Source: Promethearchaeota archaeon (GTDB lineage: Archaea; Asgardarchaeota; Lokiarchaeia; Sigyniarchaeales; SOKP01). From it: 61,687 nucleotides of DNA. A program made the translations under genes and the position numbers. The notes under the pieces were generated by a model that was given only the letters and a program-made list of their open reading frames with translations, searched no databases and was not told where the DNA came from. Below are positions 30,370 through 40,739 of this stretch, piece after piece; position 1 is the first letter of the stretch, and each line of letters opens with the position of its first letter. The stretch spans positions 1-61,687 of the forward strand of contig JAEOTS010000028.1 of assembly GCA_016839745.1 (NCBI GenBank). The letters are read 5' to 3'.

Positions 30370-30996
30370 TTATTTCTTTTGGGCAAAAATATATCTTAGG
30401 ATATGCGAATGTAGACCTAATTCTCCATGATTCTCTGCATCTTCTATTATTCCCGTTTCTATTACTGAATAGTCTTTAAAGTGCTCTTTTAAGTCGTTTT
30501 CTGTGAAATAATGAACCGGCCTCCAAGGTTTACTTTCGTAAGTATTTTTTTCGATCTGTTTTCCCTTTCCAAAACTTCTCTCCATATCAGAAAACACTAC
30601 AAAAAAAGCAAAACCCTTAGTCTTCAATTGCTTATAACATTTCTTCAAGAATGAAATTCGATCGTCCTTTAGAAATAAATGTAATACGTTAAAGCTGTAG
30701 ATACCATCGTATTTTTCATCATTAAAGGGCATATCTAATACTGAACCTTGAAAGAATTGAGTTTTGGGGTTGAAACTTTTTGCGATATCAATGGCAGATT
30801 CAGAAAATTCAATTCCGGCAACTTCTAAATTAGCATCTGTAAACAGTTTCGTATTTCGACCATAACCGGCCCCTGGAACCAATATACTGTTAAGCTCATG
30901 CTTTTTAAAAAGCTTTAGAGCGTAAATGGCGGTCGCACTCGGTTTTTCGCCCCAAATTTTACCACCATCTAAGAAACGCTTTTCCCAATATTCCAT
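30370..30996 (-). CDS. Class I SAM-dependent methyltransferase
   Basis: LVPGAGYGRN, GSVLDMPF. Confidence 0.87.
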   Translation of the reverse strand: MEYWEKRFLDGGKIWGEKPSATAIYALKLFKKHELNSILVPGAGYGRNTKLFTDANLEVAGIEFSESAIDIAKSFNPKTQFFQGSVLDMPFNDEKYDGIYSFNVLHLFLKDDRISFLKKCYKQLKTKGFAFFVVFSDMERSFGKGKQIEKNTYESKPWRPVHYFTENDLKEHFKDYSVIETGIIEDAENHGELGLHSHILRYIFAQKK

Positions 30997-31066
30997 AGAA
31001 AGAGTAATTTTCCTTGCTAAATATGTTTTTTTTGATTTAAAAATTCTATACTGGCTAATGTCATAA

Positions 31067-31870
31067 TTATTCTTCTTTCAATTTTCGTCGATAAATCTCA
31101 ACTAAGGCTTTTATTGGCAAGATTGCATTGATATAAGTATATTCTCTATCTTTAACATCAGGATCGCTATTTTGAACTGCCAATAATTCCATAAGCTTTT
31201 GTACATGTTCAGTAAATCCCTCTGTCAGTTGATCGTAATATTTTCCACTAAAATAGGCATATGAAAACCAAGGCTCTAATTTGGAAAAATTAAAGTATTT
31301 GTCATATATTTCTTTAGCGGCATCAACATCGTCAAGGTGATCCTCAAAATCATCTAATAGCGGATTTAGTAAATCAAGTAAGAGTTTATACCTATATATA
31401 GTTGCTCGATAGGTTTGAATTTGTTTTTTATAGAATTCAATTAATTCTGAAGGATCGTCGGGGGGTGCTATATTTATGGGGCTATTCTCGACTACCTGCA
31501 GTAACTTACGGTTTTTACTAAATAATTTTGGAGGTATTTTTCCTTGTTGAGTTTTATCGCTTTTCCTTGATAAAATAAGACCATCCTTTTCCATCAACTT
31601 GAGATGTCTGGCTACCGTCGATTTACTTTGTTCTACCATGTTGCTTATTTGAGTTATATTAGCTTCATTATATATTTGTAAAATATTCCAAATGTCGAAT
31701 CTTAAATTATGTTTAGCAAATAAAAGAAACCAATTTTCTACAGTATAAATCTCTCTATCATTGAGATCGACTTTAATCTCTTCCCCACCCCGTAAACTTA
31801 TAGTATATCGCTTTTTATCGTCTACTTTTAATTTATCAGGTCTGACTCTTCGATCTTTTTCTTCAGACAA
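31067..31870 (-). CDS. ArsR-type winged-helix regulator
   Basis: ANITQISNMVEQSKSTVARHLKLMEKDGLI. Confidence 0.82.
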   Translation of the reverse strand: MSEEKDRRVRPDKLKVDDKKRYTISLRGGEEIKVDLNDREIYTVENWFLLFAKHNLRFDIWNILQIYNEANITQISNMVEQSKSTVARHLKLMEKDGLILSRKSDKTQQGKIPPKLFSKNRKLLQVVENSPINIAPPDDPSELIEFYKKQIQTYRATIYRYKLLLDLLNPLLDDFEDHLDDVDAAKEIYDKYFNFSKLEPWFSYAYFSGKYYDQLTEGFTEHVQKLMELLAVQNSDPDVKDREYTYINAILPIKALVEIYRRKLKEE

Positions 31871-32083
31871 CCTAATTTACAGCTCAAAATTTCTATAAAA
31901 TAATAATGGAAATATTAAATATCTCTTTTTCTATTTATAAATAACCGTCTCAAATATTTAAACTTATTTCTTCTAAAACGGTTTTTCAATATTCTTAAAA
32001 GCTGATTTTAAAAAGATATAAAACGAAATTATTAGTGTTAATCAAAATAGAAATATTTATATATGAACCGTCCCATAAATATA

Positions 32084-32170
32084 AATTGTAGACTCTTTGA
32101 TCAGAGATTAATTGTGTTATATAAATATTGAAGAAAAAGCACACAAAGAGGGGGTCAAGGAGTCTAAATT
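32084..32170 (+). promoter_or_regulatory. Long hairpin in putative 5' leader
   Basis: TAGACTCTTTGATC pairs with GGTCAAGGAGTCTA (14 bp, 2 G-U); TATA-like TTTATATA ~30 nt upstream. Confidence 0.45.
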
Positions 32171-32207
32171 AAAAAAAAAAATTAATTAAATAGAGGTTGA
32201 TATTAAA

Positions 32208-32585
32208 ATGGATATTGAGAAATTGACCAAATATTGGTTCCTGTTTTCATTTGTTTTACAACTGTTCTTTGGATTAACATTTATTTTTCTTTTAGAAGTA
32301 TTTTTGGATATGATGTTTTGGCCATATGCTGATCTGGGGATTCCTCGACTTTTTGGAGCATCTCTTCTAGGATTCTCTTTCCTTAACTTACTAGCGTACA
32401 GGAAAAAGGAATGGGAATGTGTGAAAATGGTTGTTTTAACAATGATTGTATGGATTATAATAGAAATAGCAGCTATGTTGTATATTCACTTTGGGCTTCC
32501 CACTCATCCAATTGTTTGGATGAACACAATTATATGGATTGTACAAGTAATAGTTTTTATTTACATATACATTCAACGGAGATAA
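32208..32585 (+). CDS. Hypothetical 4-TM membrane protein
   Basis: GAGGTTGA RBS; four hydrophobic segments. Confidence 0.75.
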   Translation: MDIEKLTKYWFLFSFVLQLFFGLTFIFLLEVFLDMMFWPYADLGIPRLFGASLLGFSFLNLLAYRKKEWECVKMVVLTMIVWIIIEIAAMLYIHFGLPTHPIVWMNTIIWIVQVIVFIYIYIQRR

Positions 32586-32770
32586 TGGCTAGACCGGTTT
32601 CTTGGGTAATAAGAAAATGAGGGTAGAACGCTTTTAAAAAATCAAATTTATTTTTTTTTACTACTTTTTATGATATACTAAATTCTTAGTTAATTTCATA
32701 AACTTCTTTGATTATTAAATAAATAATGGACGCAAAGAACTATAATCATATATAAAGGTATATTAAGAAT

Positions 32771-33877
32771 ATGAAGAAAATTGGTTTTATAGCAAATCCA
32801 ATAGCAGGGATGGGTGGTAGTGTAGGACTAAAAGGAACAGATGGAGAGATAATTAAAGATGCTATTAAATTGGGAGCCAAACCAGTCGTTCCTAAAAGAG
32901 TGGATATGTTTTTAAGCCATATTGAATCGAAAGATGAAATTTTTTTGTTGGTTGCCCCCGGAAAAATGGGAGAAGAATTGGTAAGCGGTAAAGGGCTTAG
33001 ATATGAAGTTGTTGGACGGGTTGATCAACGTACGACTGCAGAGGATACAAAAAGAATTGCAAAGCTAATGGTGGAAGAACAAGTTGAGTTGCTTATTTTT
33101 TGTGGAGGTGATGGAACGGCTAGAGACATATTTGACGCAATCGAATTAAAAATCCCCGTGGTTGCGATTCCATCGGGAGTAAAAATGTTTAGCTCTGTGT
33201 TCGCGTTAAATCCTAAAGCTGCTGCTCAAATTGTAGATAAATTCATAGAAGAAGCGATAGATACGGAAGAAAAAGAAGTTCTGGATATCGACGAGGATGC
33301 GTTTAGAGATAATCGATTAGTTTCGAAATTATATGGGTATCTAGTTGTTCCAAAAATTCAAAACCTTATACAGAACGCGAAAGATAGTTCTAAGGTTGGA
33401 AGGACCATTGACGAAAACAAATTCGAAATAGCTCAGCAGATCATTGAAATAATGGAAAACGATACAATATATTTCTTAGGGCCTGGCACGACAGTTAAAT
33501 CGATTACAGACCAATTAAAGCTAGCTAAATCATTACTTGGCGTTGATGCTATTTACAGCAAATCTCTTGTTGGTGAAGATTTAAATGAGAGCGGTATAAT
33601 TGATCTGTTGGATAAATATCAAAATGGGAAAATCATCGTAAGTCCTATAGGAGGTCAAGGATTCGTATTTGGGAGAGGCAACATACAGTTCACCCCTAAA
33701 ATCTTAAAGCGATTAGGTAAAAAGAATATTATATTCATTGGCACAGAAGAAAAAATAAAAAGTCTAAAATGTTTAATGGTAGATACTGGCGATATTAAGA
33801 CCGACGAAATGTTTAAAGGACTTGCAAAAGTGATAATCGGATACAAGGAGGAACTAATAATAGAAATTGTATGTTAA
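32771..33877 (+). CDS. ATP-NAD kinase-like family protein
   Basis: NPIAGMGGSVGLKGTDG, GGDGTARD, GGQGFVFGRGN. Confidence 0.88.
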   Translation: MKKIGFIANPIAGMGGSVGLKGTDGEIIKDAIKLGAKPVVPKRVDMFLSHIESKDEIFLLVAPGKMGEELVSGKGLRYEVVGRVDQRTTAEDTKRIAKLMVEEQVELLIFCGGDGTARDIFDAIELKIPVVAIPSGVKMFSSVFALNPKAAAQIVDKFIEEAIDTEEKEVLDIDEDAFRDNRLVSKLYGYLVVPKIQNLIQNAKDSSKVGRTIDENKFEIAQQIIEIMENDTIYFLGPGTTVKSITDQLKLAKSLLGVDAIYSKSLVGEDLNESGIIDLLDKYQNGKIIVSPIGGQGFVFGRGNIQFTPKILKRLGKKNIIFIGTEEKIKSLKCLMVDTGDIKTDEMFKGLAKVIIGYKEELIIEIVC

Positions 33878-34084
33878 GGACACCCCCTTCTTTTTAATAA
33901 TTAATCCCAGATACCAAAAATTAACATTTATTTAAGATTTTGAATTGGAAAAAAATATTAAAAAAACATTAAAAAATTCACTATTTTTCCAATTTTTCTT
34001 TTTAAATACTTATTTTGCATATATATTTTTAAGGTCTAATTAATTAAGAAACAAAATTGAATTTAAATTGAAAGAAGTGATGAT

Positions 34085-34687
34085 ATGAGCAAAAAAGTAA
34101 AATTTGCACTAATAGCATTTACTCCCCTAATTGCAATCTTAATTGCTATCATTGTATTCATTTTGTTAAATATTTTCAACTTGTTTCTCTTCGCTTTATT
34201 AATCATAATAATTTTTCCCTATTGTATTGCATATTATTCAGAATATTCTTTAAAAGCAGATTATGAAAGAGATGATCTTTCTGCATATGAGTTAAATTTG
34301 ATCCAAGAGAATAAAAATATTATCAAAACTATAGAAGTAATTATCATAAGCTTTTCTCTCCTTTTTGGTCTTTTTACCGCCATAGAATTTGATTTACAAA
34401 TAGCGGGGGTGTCATCCTCTATGTTTAGTCTTCTTGGTCCACCCATCGGAGTAGATTTTTTTATGTCCACATTTGTTTTTATTCAAGTTCAAGTTCTTGG
34501 AAAAGATGCTTATCTAACAGACGCAGAAATCGAAAATTTGACAATTGGTAGTCAGAAAACCGATAAAATCAGGAACCTGATTTCAAAACTTCGCTTAGCT
34601 AACTTTGCCAGAAAAGGTTGTTACTATTCATTATTTATTCAAATATGTCTAATCTATCCATCAGTAAGTTTTACTATTAGTTTTTAG
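34085..34687 (+). CDS. Hypothetical membrane protein
   Basis: Multiple hydrophobic segments. Confidence 0.65.
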   Translation: MSKKVKFALIAFTPLIAILIAIIVFILLNIFNLFLFALLIIIIFPYCIAYYSEYSLKADYERDDLSAYELNLIQENKNIIKTIEVIIISFSLLFGLFTAIEFDLQIAGVSSSMFSLLGPPIGVDFFMSTFVFIQVQVLGKDAYLTDAEIENLTIGSQKTDKIRNLISKLRLANFARKGCYYSLFIQICLIYPSVSFTISF

Positions 34688-34838
34688 CTTTTGTATCGTT
34701 AATTTTATAATCAAGTAGTAAAACTTATTTTCTTTTTAGAGATCATTCTTTTTTTAAAATTTTAACGGATTCTGAACTTTTTATTAATCTCTAGCTTAAA
34801 AATGTGTTATAGAGATGGTGCTCCATTTTATTTGAATA

Positions 34839-36080
34839 TTATTCAGAAAATCTCCCACATTTCTTTAAAATTAAGCTGTGGAGTTCCAGCACATTCCTAT
34901 CGAGATCATAAAAATCAAACTCCACTCCTAATCGTGATTTCAGCAATGTCGGGATATGATCAACATCATAGAACACTGGGATGATTGGCAAACCGACTGC
35001 TTCAGCCGCCGTCCATTCTTTTTTCACAGGAATAGATTCAAGCGCAGCTTTGGAGCAGAAGAGTATCATGGCATGGCATCTTCCAAGGTTGTCGTTCATA
35101 TATTCGATTATATTATCTCCCATATCTTCTTGCCAATAGAGCACATCCTGAATATCGGTCGATTTTGTTAATTTTTCTGCGATTTCTTTCACTTTGAAGA
35201 AATCCGCATCCTTTGTCGCGTAGCTCATAAAAATTAAAATCTCTTGATTTATTTTGCTCGCTGGAAAAATTTCTCCTTCCAAAGATAAATTTTCTCCTGA
35301 TTTTTTCGATAAATATGAGGCAAATTTTAATTGCATTTTGCTGGGTATTCTTTTCTTCTTAGGACTTTTCTCTCTTACAGGGGTCATTCCGTAAATAAAA
35401 GCAACCCAAATAAATGAAAGAGATACTACAAAATATAAAGCGTAAAGAAATCCTACATTTTGGGAAAATAATTGTGAATACACGAAAATACCCCCAATAA
35501 TATAACCTAAAGCTATGGTTATGTATTTTTTACGAATTTTCCCCCTCATTTTAAGAATCTTCAAAAATATACCTAATCCAACCATAACGAAAACCACGCC
35601 ATAAGGAATTAGGAGATAAAACAAAATGGAATTAAATTTTATATAAATTTTTATAAGATTCTCGCCAAGAAAAGGAGGATATTCTATGACAACGCCGGCA
35701 TTCGGTATAAATGTAGTTGCAATCTGGAAAAATAGCACATATATTGCCAATATTAATAGAAAGATTTTTCTCCTTTCTGATAGAGTCAAGTTAATCCCTA
35801 AGTAAAGAAAGGTTAAAGCACATATTTGAAAGAGGCTAGAAATAATGAAAATATTGAAATCAGATATTAGGATATTCGTACCCGTTAATAAAATATGGAA
35901 AAAATCATATATATAAAAAACATGAGCGATTGCTACTGAAAACATACCTATTGCGGGGAAATATAGCAGTTTAAAATTATTTTTCTTACCTTTAAATATA
36001 ACATATAAGAAGAATATGGTATCAACAACGATTTTAAAAATATAGACAATAGCAACCGACCAGCCATCAAAACTTAGCAT
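34839..36080 (-). CDS. 7-TM membrane protein with C-terminal TIR domain
   Basis: Seven hydrophobic helices then IFMSYATKD...ILFCSKAALESIPVKKEW...IIPVFY. Confidence 0.82.
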   Translation of the reverse strand: MLSFDGWSVAIVYIFKIVVDTIFFLYVIFKGKKNNFKLLYFPAIGMFSVAIAHVFYIYDFFHILLTGTNILISDFNIFIISSLFQICALTFLYLGINLTLSERRKIFLLILAIYVLFFQIATTFIPNAGVVIEYPPFLGENLIKIYIKFNSILFYLLIPYGVVFVMVGLGIFLKILKMRGKIRKKYITIALGYIIGGIFVYSQLFSQNVGFLYALYFVVSLSFIWVAFIYGMTPVREKSPKKKRIPSKMQLKFASYLSKKSGENLSLEGEIFPASKINQEILIFMSYATKDADFFKVKEIAEKLTKSTDIQDVLYWQEDMGDNIIEYMNDNLGRCHAMILFCSKAALESIPVKKEWTAAEAVGLPIIPVFYDVDHIPTLLKSRLGVEFDFYDLDRNVLELHSLILKKCGRFSE

Positions 36081-36398
36081 TTTAGGATTTCACACTGAGT
36101 TCAGTATTGAACATCTAAGTATATTTTAATATTATTTCATAAGAATTTAAACCTTAATATCAATTTAGACAATGATGCTAATAAGATTTTTTTTTGATTA
36201 AGTCTTAATTTGAATCCCATTTAGGCTTCTTTACAGAAGCGTCGTCATCTTCGGTGTGAATTTTTAGAGATCCAATTTTACTCCCTATTTTTTGTCTAGA
36301 AACACCCTCTGATGTATCGAGAACTTTTTCCTCTATTAAATCATAAATAGCATGTTTAAGAGTTACTAAAGGGATTTTTTGAGTTTATTTTTTCGATT

Positions 36399-38276
36399 TT
36401 AATAAATGTTAAGTTCTTCGAGTTTTTCTTTTGATGGCCATCCAGTCTCCCAATCCCATCCACGAATTTTATAGTACGATTCTAAGCTCCCTTCCATGTC
36501 TAATTTTACACCCTCAGTTTTACCAGTTTTTAATTCTGCCAGAACGTGATTAGGCAATCTATCGTCTTCTCTAGTAGTTCCGAGTTTACAACTTATAAGC
36601 CTTTTAAGAGTATTTATTCGTTCTCCTACGAGCATCAAAGATTTTTTGTTATAATCGAAGTTTGTGGATGCGTTTATGTACTTTATAATGTGTTCGAGTG
36701 GGGGATTTATGAAATTACAATTAGTAGCAGAATCATCGATAGCCCTTAGATCTTGTAAAGAGATAACGCCCTTCTCTCGACCCTTTATGGTGACCCTATC
36801 ACCTGGTTTTACTCGAATTTTGGGAAATTTAAAAAGCATTAACTCAGCACCAAACCAATCGCACTTTTCGTGATTCGCTCCCATATAGCATGTCATATAA
36901 CTCAACGCTTGTCCAGCAAACGCTCTTGGGTCGTGCATCGGTATTTCCAATCCCTTTACATGGGCGGCTAATTCAGGATCAACTTTGAATTCCTTTGCCA
37001 TTGCTCTTACACCATCAGCGAGAATATTACCTATACCATCTCTGATAGCTATTTTATCGAGTAATTTTAACACAACTTCTCCATTTCCCCATTTTATGTC
37101 TCCAATGTCAATATCGCCTAAGTATTGCTTAATGTTCTCAATCCCTAAGTTATTTTCTACTAAATATATTAGAAATGCGATAGATACTCCACTCGAAATG
37201 GTATCAAAACCATATACATTGCACATGTGATTGGAAAGAATCACAATCTTAGAATCAAACACGCCGCATAAAGGCCCAAATGCAGTAACTGATTCGTATT
37301 CTGGACCGTCTACACTTATCTCTTTGCCCTCGTGCTCTATGATAGTAATTTTACCGCACTTCATAGTACAACCCGCACAACCGTAATCTAAAACGGGATA
37401 TTCTTCTCGTAACGTTTTTCCTGTGAGTTTGTCGGCAAAAAATTCGTTTCTAGTGAAATAATATCCTGGAGTGTCACCCAATGCCATTCCCATATCCAGA
37501 TAACAATTAGTGCCATATAGCGTGAAAAGAAAGGGCACTAATGTTTTGAGCAGGTCATTGCGTTTAATATCTTCTTCCTTCTTTAATAATTCTTTGCCAA
37601 TTGTAGTATCAGCGATTTTAACTCTTTTAGTTCCATGAACTACTAGAGCTTTTAAGTTTTTTGAGCCCATAATGGCACCCATACCTGAACGACCTATAGC
37701 ACGTCCTTCATCGTTAATAATGCCTGCATAATTGACGAGATTTTCACCGGCAATACCGATTGTAGCGATCCGAACTTTATCGTTGTTTAGTTCATTTTTC
37801 AAATATGTCTGGCTTTCGTAGGTATCTTTTCCCCAAAGATTATCAGCGTCATTAAATTCAATGGATTCGTCATGAATGTAGAGATAAGTAGGTTTTTTAG
37901 ATTTTCCGGTAATTATAATCGCATCAAAACCACTATTTCGTAATGAAATAGGAAAGTATCCTCCAGAAGTGCCCTCTCCCCAAATTCCAGTGAGAGGTGA
38001 AATTGCGGTCACTGAATATCTTCCTGAGGATGGTCTGTTCGTTCCTGTTACAGGACCAGTAGCAAATATCAGAGGATTTATCTCAGAATAAGGATCTTTT
38101 TTTAAAGTTTCGTAATCGTTCTCTGACAAAAGATCGTACGTTAATTTAGCGCTTAGTCCCGTACCTCCAAGATAATCTTTCGCGATTTGAAGATTTAACT
38201 CCTTCACATCTACTGTTTCATCAGTTAAGTTAACATATGCAATTTTTCCATTATAACCAATTAAATTTTCACTCAT
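36399..38276 (-). CDS. aor: Aldehyde:ferredoxin oxidoreductase (W-pterin family)
   Basis: GYNGK, SPLTG, GRSGMGAIMGSKNLKA, CAGCTMKC, GPEYES, DTISSG, HDPR. Confidence 0.92.
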   Translation of the reverse strand: MSENLIGYNGKIAYVNLTDETVDVKELNLQIAKDYLGGTGLSAKLTYDLLSENDYETLKKDPYSEINPLIFATGPVTGTNRPSSGRYSVTAISPLTGIWGEGTSGGYFPISLRNSGFDAIIITGKSKKPTYLYIHDESIEFNDADNLWGKDTYESQTYLKNELNNDKVRIATIGIAGENLVNYAGIINDEGRAIGRSGMGAIMGSKNLKALVVHGTKRVKIADTTIGKELLKKEEDIKRNDLLKTLVPFLFTLYGTNCYLDMGMALGDTPGYYFTRNEFFADKLTGKTLREEYPVLDYGCAGCTMKCGKITIIEHEGKEISVDGPEYESVTAFGPLCGVFDSKIVILSNHMCNVYGFDTISSGVSIAFLIYLVENNLGIENIKQYLGDIDIGDIKWGNGEVVLKLLDKIAIRDGIGNILADGVRAMAKEFKVDPELAAHVKGLEIPMHDPRAFAGQALSYMTCYMGANHEKCDWFGAELMLFKFPKIRVKPGDRVTIKGREKGVISLQDLRAIDDSATNCNFINPPLEHIIKYINASTNFDYNKKSLMLVGERINTLKRLISCKLGTTREDDRLPNHVLAELKTGKTEGVKLDMEGSLESYYKIRGWDWETGWPSKEKLEELNIY

Positions 38277-38300
38277 TTTTTTCCCTCGTACAATATTAAT

Positions 38301-39593
38301 TTAAAAATCTATATCTCGCCCATCCCAGGCATATTCAAAAATGGTCCGAAACAATTTTTCGCTCATCGTTCGAAAAGAGGTCAAAGCCACAGCATCATCA
38401 GCGGCATATTCAGTCAACAAGTCAAGTTTGTCAAAGTAATCTTCTTTACTAATTACAGGATTCTTCATGTCTTTTACGCATACTGGTGCATCAAGAGATA
38501 CAATAAAATCTCTTATGGTTTGAAGAAATTCATTAAATAAATCTTTTCTACTCTTATTTTCTTCTTGAATATTGAAAATAGGAAGTAATAATTTCCACCT
38601 GTCAGTAACTTTTGCTTGGAAGGCAATAGAATAAACCAGGAATAATCCTACGCTAAGTCCGTGATGAACATTGAAAATTTTCCCAAAACTGTGCCCTAAC
38701 GAATGATCTATTCCTGGGGTTGTATTACCAAATCCTATTCCCGCCATTAACGAAGCCATTTGCATATGTTCTCTCGCTTCTATATCTTTCGCACCGTATT
38801 TATATGCTCGTGGTAAAAATTTTAGTATTTCTTTTATCGCGGTTGAATTCATCGCGTCAACGTAGGGGCTACCCCAATTCGATACAAAACTCCCAATGGC
38901 ATGAGAAAAAGCATCCAAACCAGTAGCCATAGTCAGAAATGGAGGTAGATCCTTCACAAAATCCGTAAATAAAATAGTGATATCAGCACATAACTCATCG
39001 CTTAGCACTTCAAGCTTTTTTGGAGGATCTCGATCAGTGTCAGTAATTACAGCAACTTGAGTTACTTCAGAACCAGTCCCAGATGTTGTAGGGATTGCTA
39101 TAAAATATTTAAATTTCTTTCGCAATCCTACACACCCAAAATACGGTAGAATCATGAAAAGATTTACATCCGGTTTTTCATACTTAACCATCATCATTTT
39201 TGTAGTATCCATTACACTACCACCCCCTATCGCAATTAACACTTGTGGTTTAAATTCCTCGCAGATCTTAGCACCTTCATAGATACTTGGTATTGGTACC
39301 TCTGGTTCTACACCAGGCCATATTTTATATTCCATTTCAATTAAATCAAGATATTCTGTTATATATTTAGCGAACTTTTGAGTAAACGAATCCGTTATGA
39401 TTAACGCTCGTCTATCTTCTTTATCTATCGTTGCCTCTAATAAATTAGCTACTCGAAGTAATGACGCTTTTCCTTGATAAACTTTAGATGAAATATAGGT
39501 TGACATACCTCCTCTTAGAGCTCTGCCACCCATTAAGCCCATCATATCCTTAATAATGGTCGCTTCATACCAAGCTAGTTTTTTTTCCACCAT
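38301..39593 (-). CDS. Iron-containing alcohol dehydrogenase
   Basis: GGGSVMD, PTTSGTGSE, DAFSH, HSLGH, HG. Confidence 0.9.
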   Translation of the reverse strand: MVEKKLAWYEATIIKDMMGLMGGRALRGGMSTYISSKVYQGKASLLRVANLLEATIDKEDRRALIITDSFTQKFAKYITEYLDLIEMEYKIWPGVEPEVPIPSIYEGAKICEEFKPQVLIAIGGGSVMDTTKMMMVKYEKPDVNLFMILPYFGCVGLRKKFKYFIAIPTTSGTGSEVTQVAVITDTDRDPPKKLEVLSDELCADITILFTDFVKDLPPFLTMATGLDAFSHAIGSFVSNWGSPYVDAMNSTAIKEILKFLPRAYKYGAKDIEAREHMQMASLMAGIGFGNTTPGIDHSLGHSFGKIFNVHHGLSVGLFLVYSIAFQAKVTDRWKLLLPIFNIQEENKSRKDLFNEFLQTIRDFIVSLDAPVCVKDMKNPVISKEDYFDKLDLLTEYAADDAVALTSFRTMSEKLFRTIFEYAWDGRDIDF

Positions 39594-39829
39594 TTTAATC
39601 TAAACTCCTTAAAGAGTCCTTTTTTCTATAAAACTTTTAATTATAATTTATTGGATATGACCTTGAATAAATACTTATTGAGCAATCAGAGTAATTAGAC
39701 ATAATTGTAGATACTTTCAGATCAAAAATCGAAAAAAAATTTGTCTAAATCAAATATGAGTTTAATTAAATTATTATGCGATCTCGTTCAAAATTAAATT
39801 ATCAAAACCAATTTAAATAATGATTATCG

Positions 39830-40642
39830 ATGAGTGAAGATATAAAAATTATTTCCATAATAGGTGTTGGTTATTTAGGTAAACAAATAGCGGAGAAAAC
39901 GGTATTAAAAGAATATACAATCCGTCTATATGATAAAAATGTAGGAGATTTAGAAATATTCTCCAGCAATTTGAAGGGTAAAGAAGAAACTCTAGGAAAA
40001 GTAACGTCACATGAAACAATTGAAGACGCTGTAAAAGACGCAGACTTAATTATCGAAGCAATTCCAGAAATATTAGAATTGAAGCGAGAGATCTTTAAGA
40101 TAATTGATAAAACAGCTCAACCAAAAGCCATTATTGCTACTAATAGTTCATCAATCCCGGTCTCTAAGTTAGAGGATGATGTAGAGCGAAAAGATAAATT
40201 GTTAAACATCCATTTTTACGACCTTTTTGCTATGCCAATGGCAGATATCATGAGAGGAACAAAAACTAGTGATGAAACTTTTGAAAAAGGCAAAAAATGG
40301 GTTGAGAGTATTGAAATAACTCCTTTAATTGTCAAAAAGGAGTGCTATGGGTTTGTATTTAATAGGGTATGGCGCGCGATTAAGAAAGAATGTTTGAAAA
40401 TCTGGGCAGGAGGATATGCTGATTTAGAAGAAGTGGATAAAGCGTGGAGAATATTCCAGAATATGGGAACAGCTCCCTTCGAATTTATGGATAAAATCGG
40501 GTTGGATGTGATTTATGACATTGAAATGTCCTACTTTAAAAACAGTGGCTTAGAAGATGACAAACCTCCTCAAGCTTTAAAAGATATAGTTGATAATGGT
40601 AATCTGGGCCAAAAATCAGGGAAAGGATTTTACACCTATTAA
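39830..40642 (+). CDS. 3-hydroxyacyl-CoA dehydrogenase family
   Basis: GVGYLG, EAIPE, ATNSSS, GFVFNR, GQKSGKGFY. Confidence 0.9.
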   Translation: MSEDIKIISIIGVGYLGKQIAEKTVLKEYTIRLYDKNVGDLEIFSSNLKGKEETLGKVTSHETIEDAVKDADLIIEAIPEILELKREIFKIIDKTAQPKAIIATNSSSIPVSKLEDDVERKDKLLNIHFYDLFAMPMADIMRGTKTSDETFEKGKKWVESIEITPLIVKKECYGFVFNRVWRAIKKECLKIWAGGYADLEEVDKAWRIFQNMGTAPFEFMDKIGLDVIYDIEMSYFKNSGLEDDKPPQALKDIVDNGNLGQKSGKGFYTY

Positions 40643-40673
40643 TTAATTCTTATCTTTTTTTAAAAAATAAAAC

Positions 40674-40739
40674 ACCCCAACCTTAGCAAGGTTGTCCTTA
40701 TGTATCAACTATTTTTATACATAAGTCATCCAAAGGGGT
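40674..40739 (-). promoter_or_regulatory. SECIS element (eukaryote-like)
   Basis: ACCCC..ATGA-CTTATGTAT-AAAAATAGTTG-ATACATAAG-GA..GGGGT; AUGA begins 10 nt after the stop of a UGA-containing gene. Confidence 0.82.
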
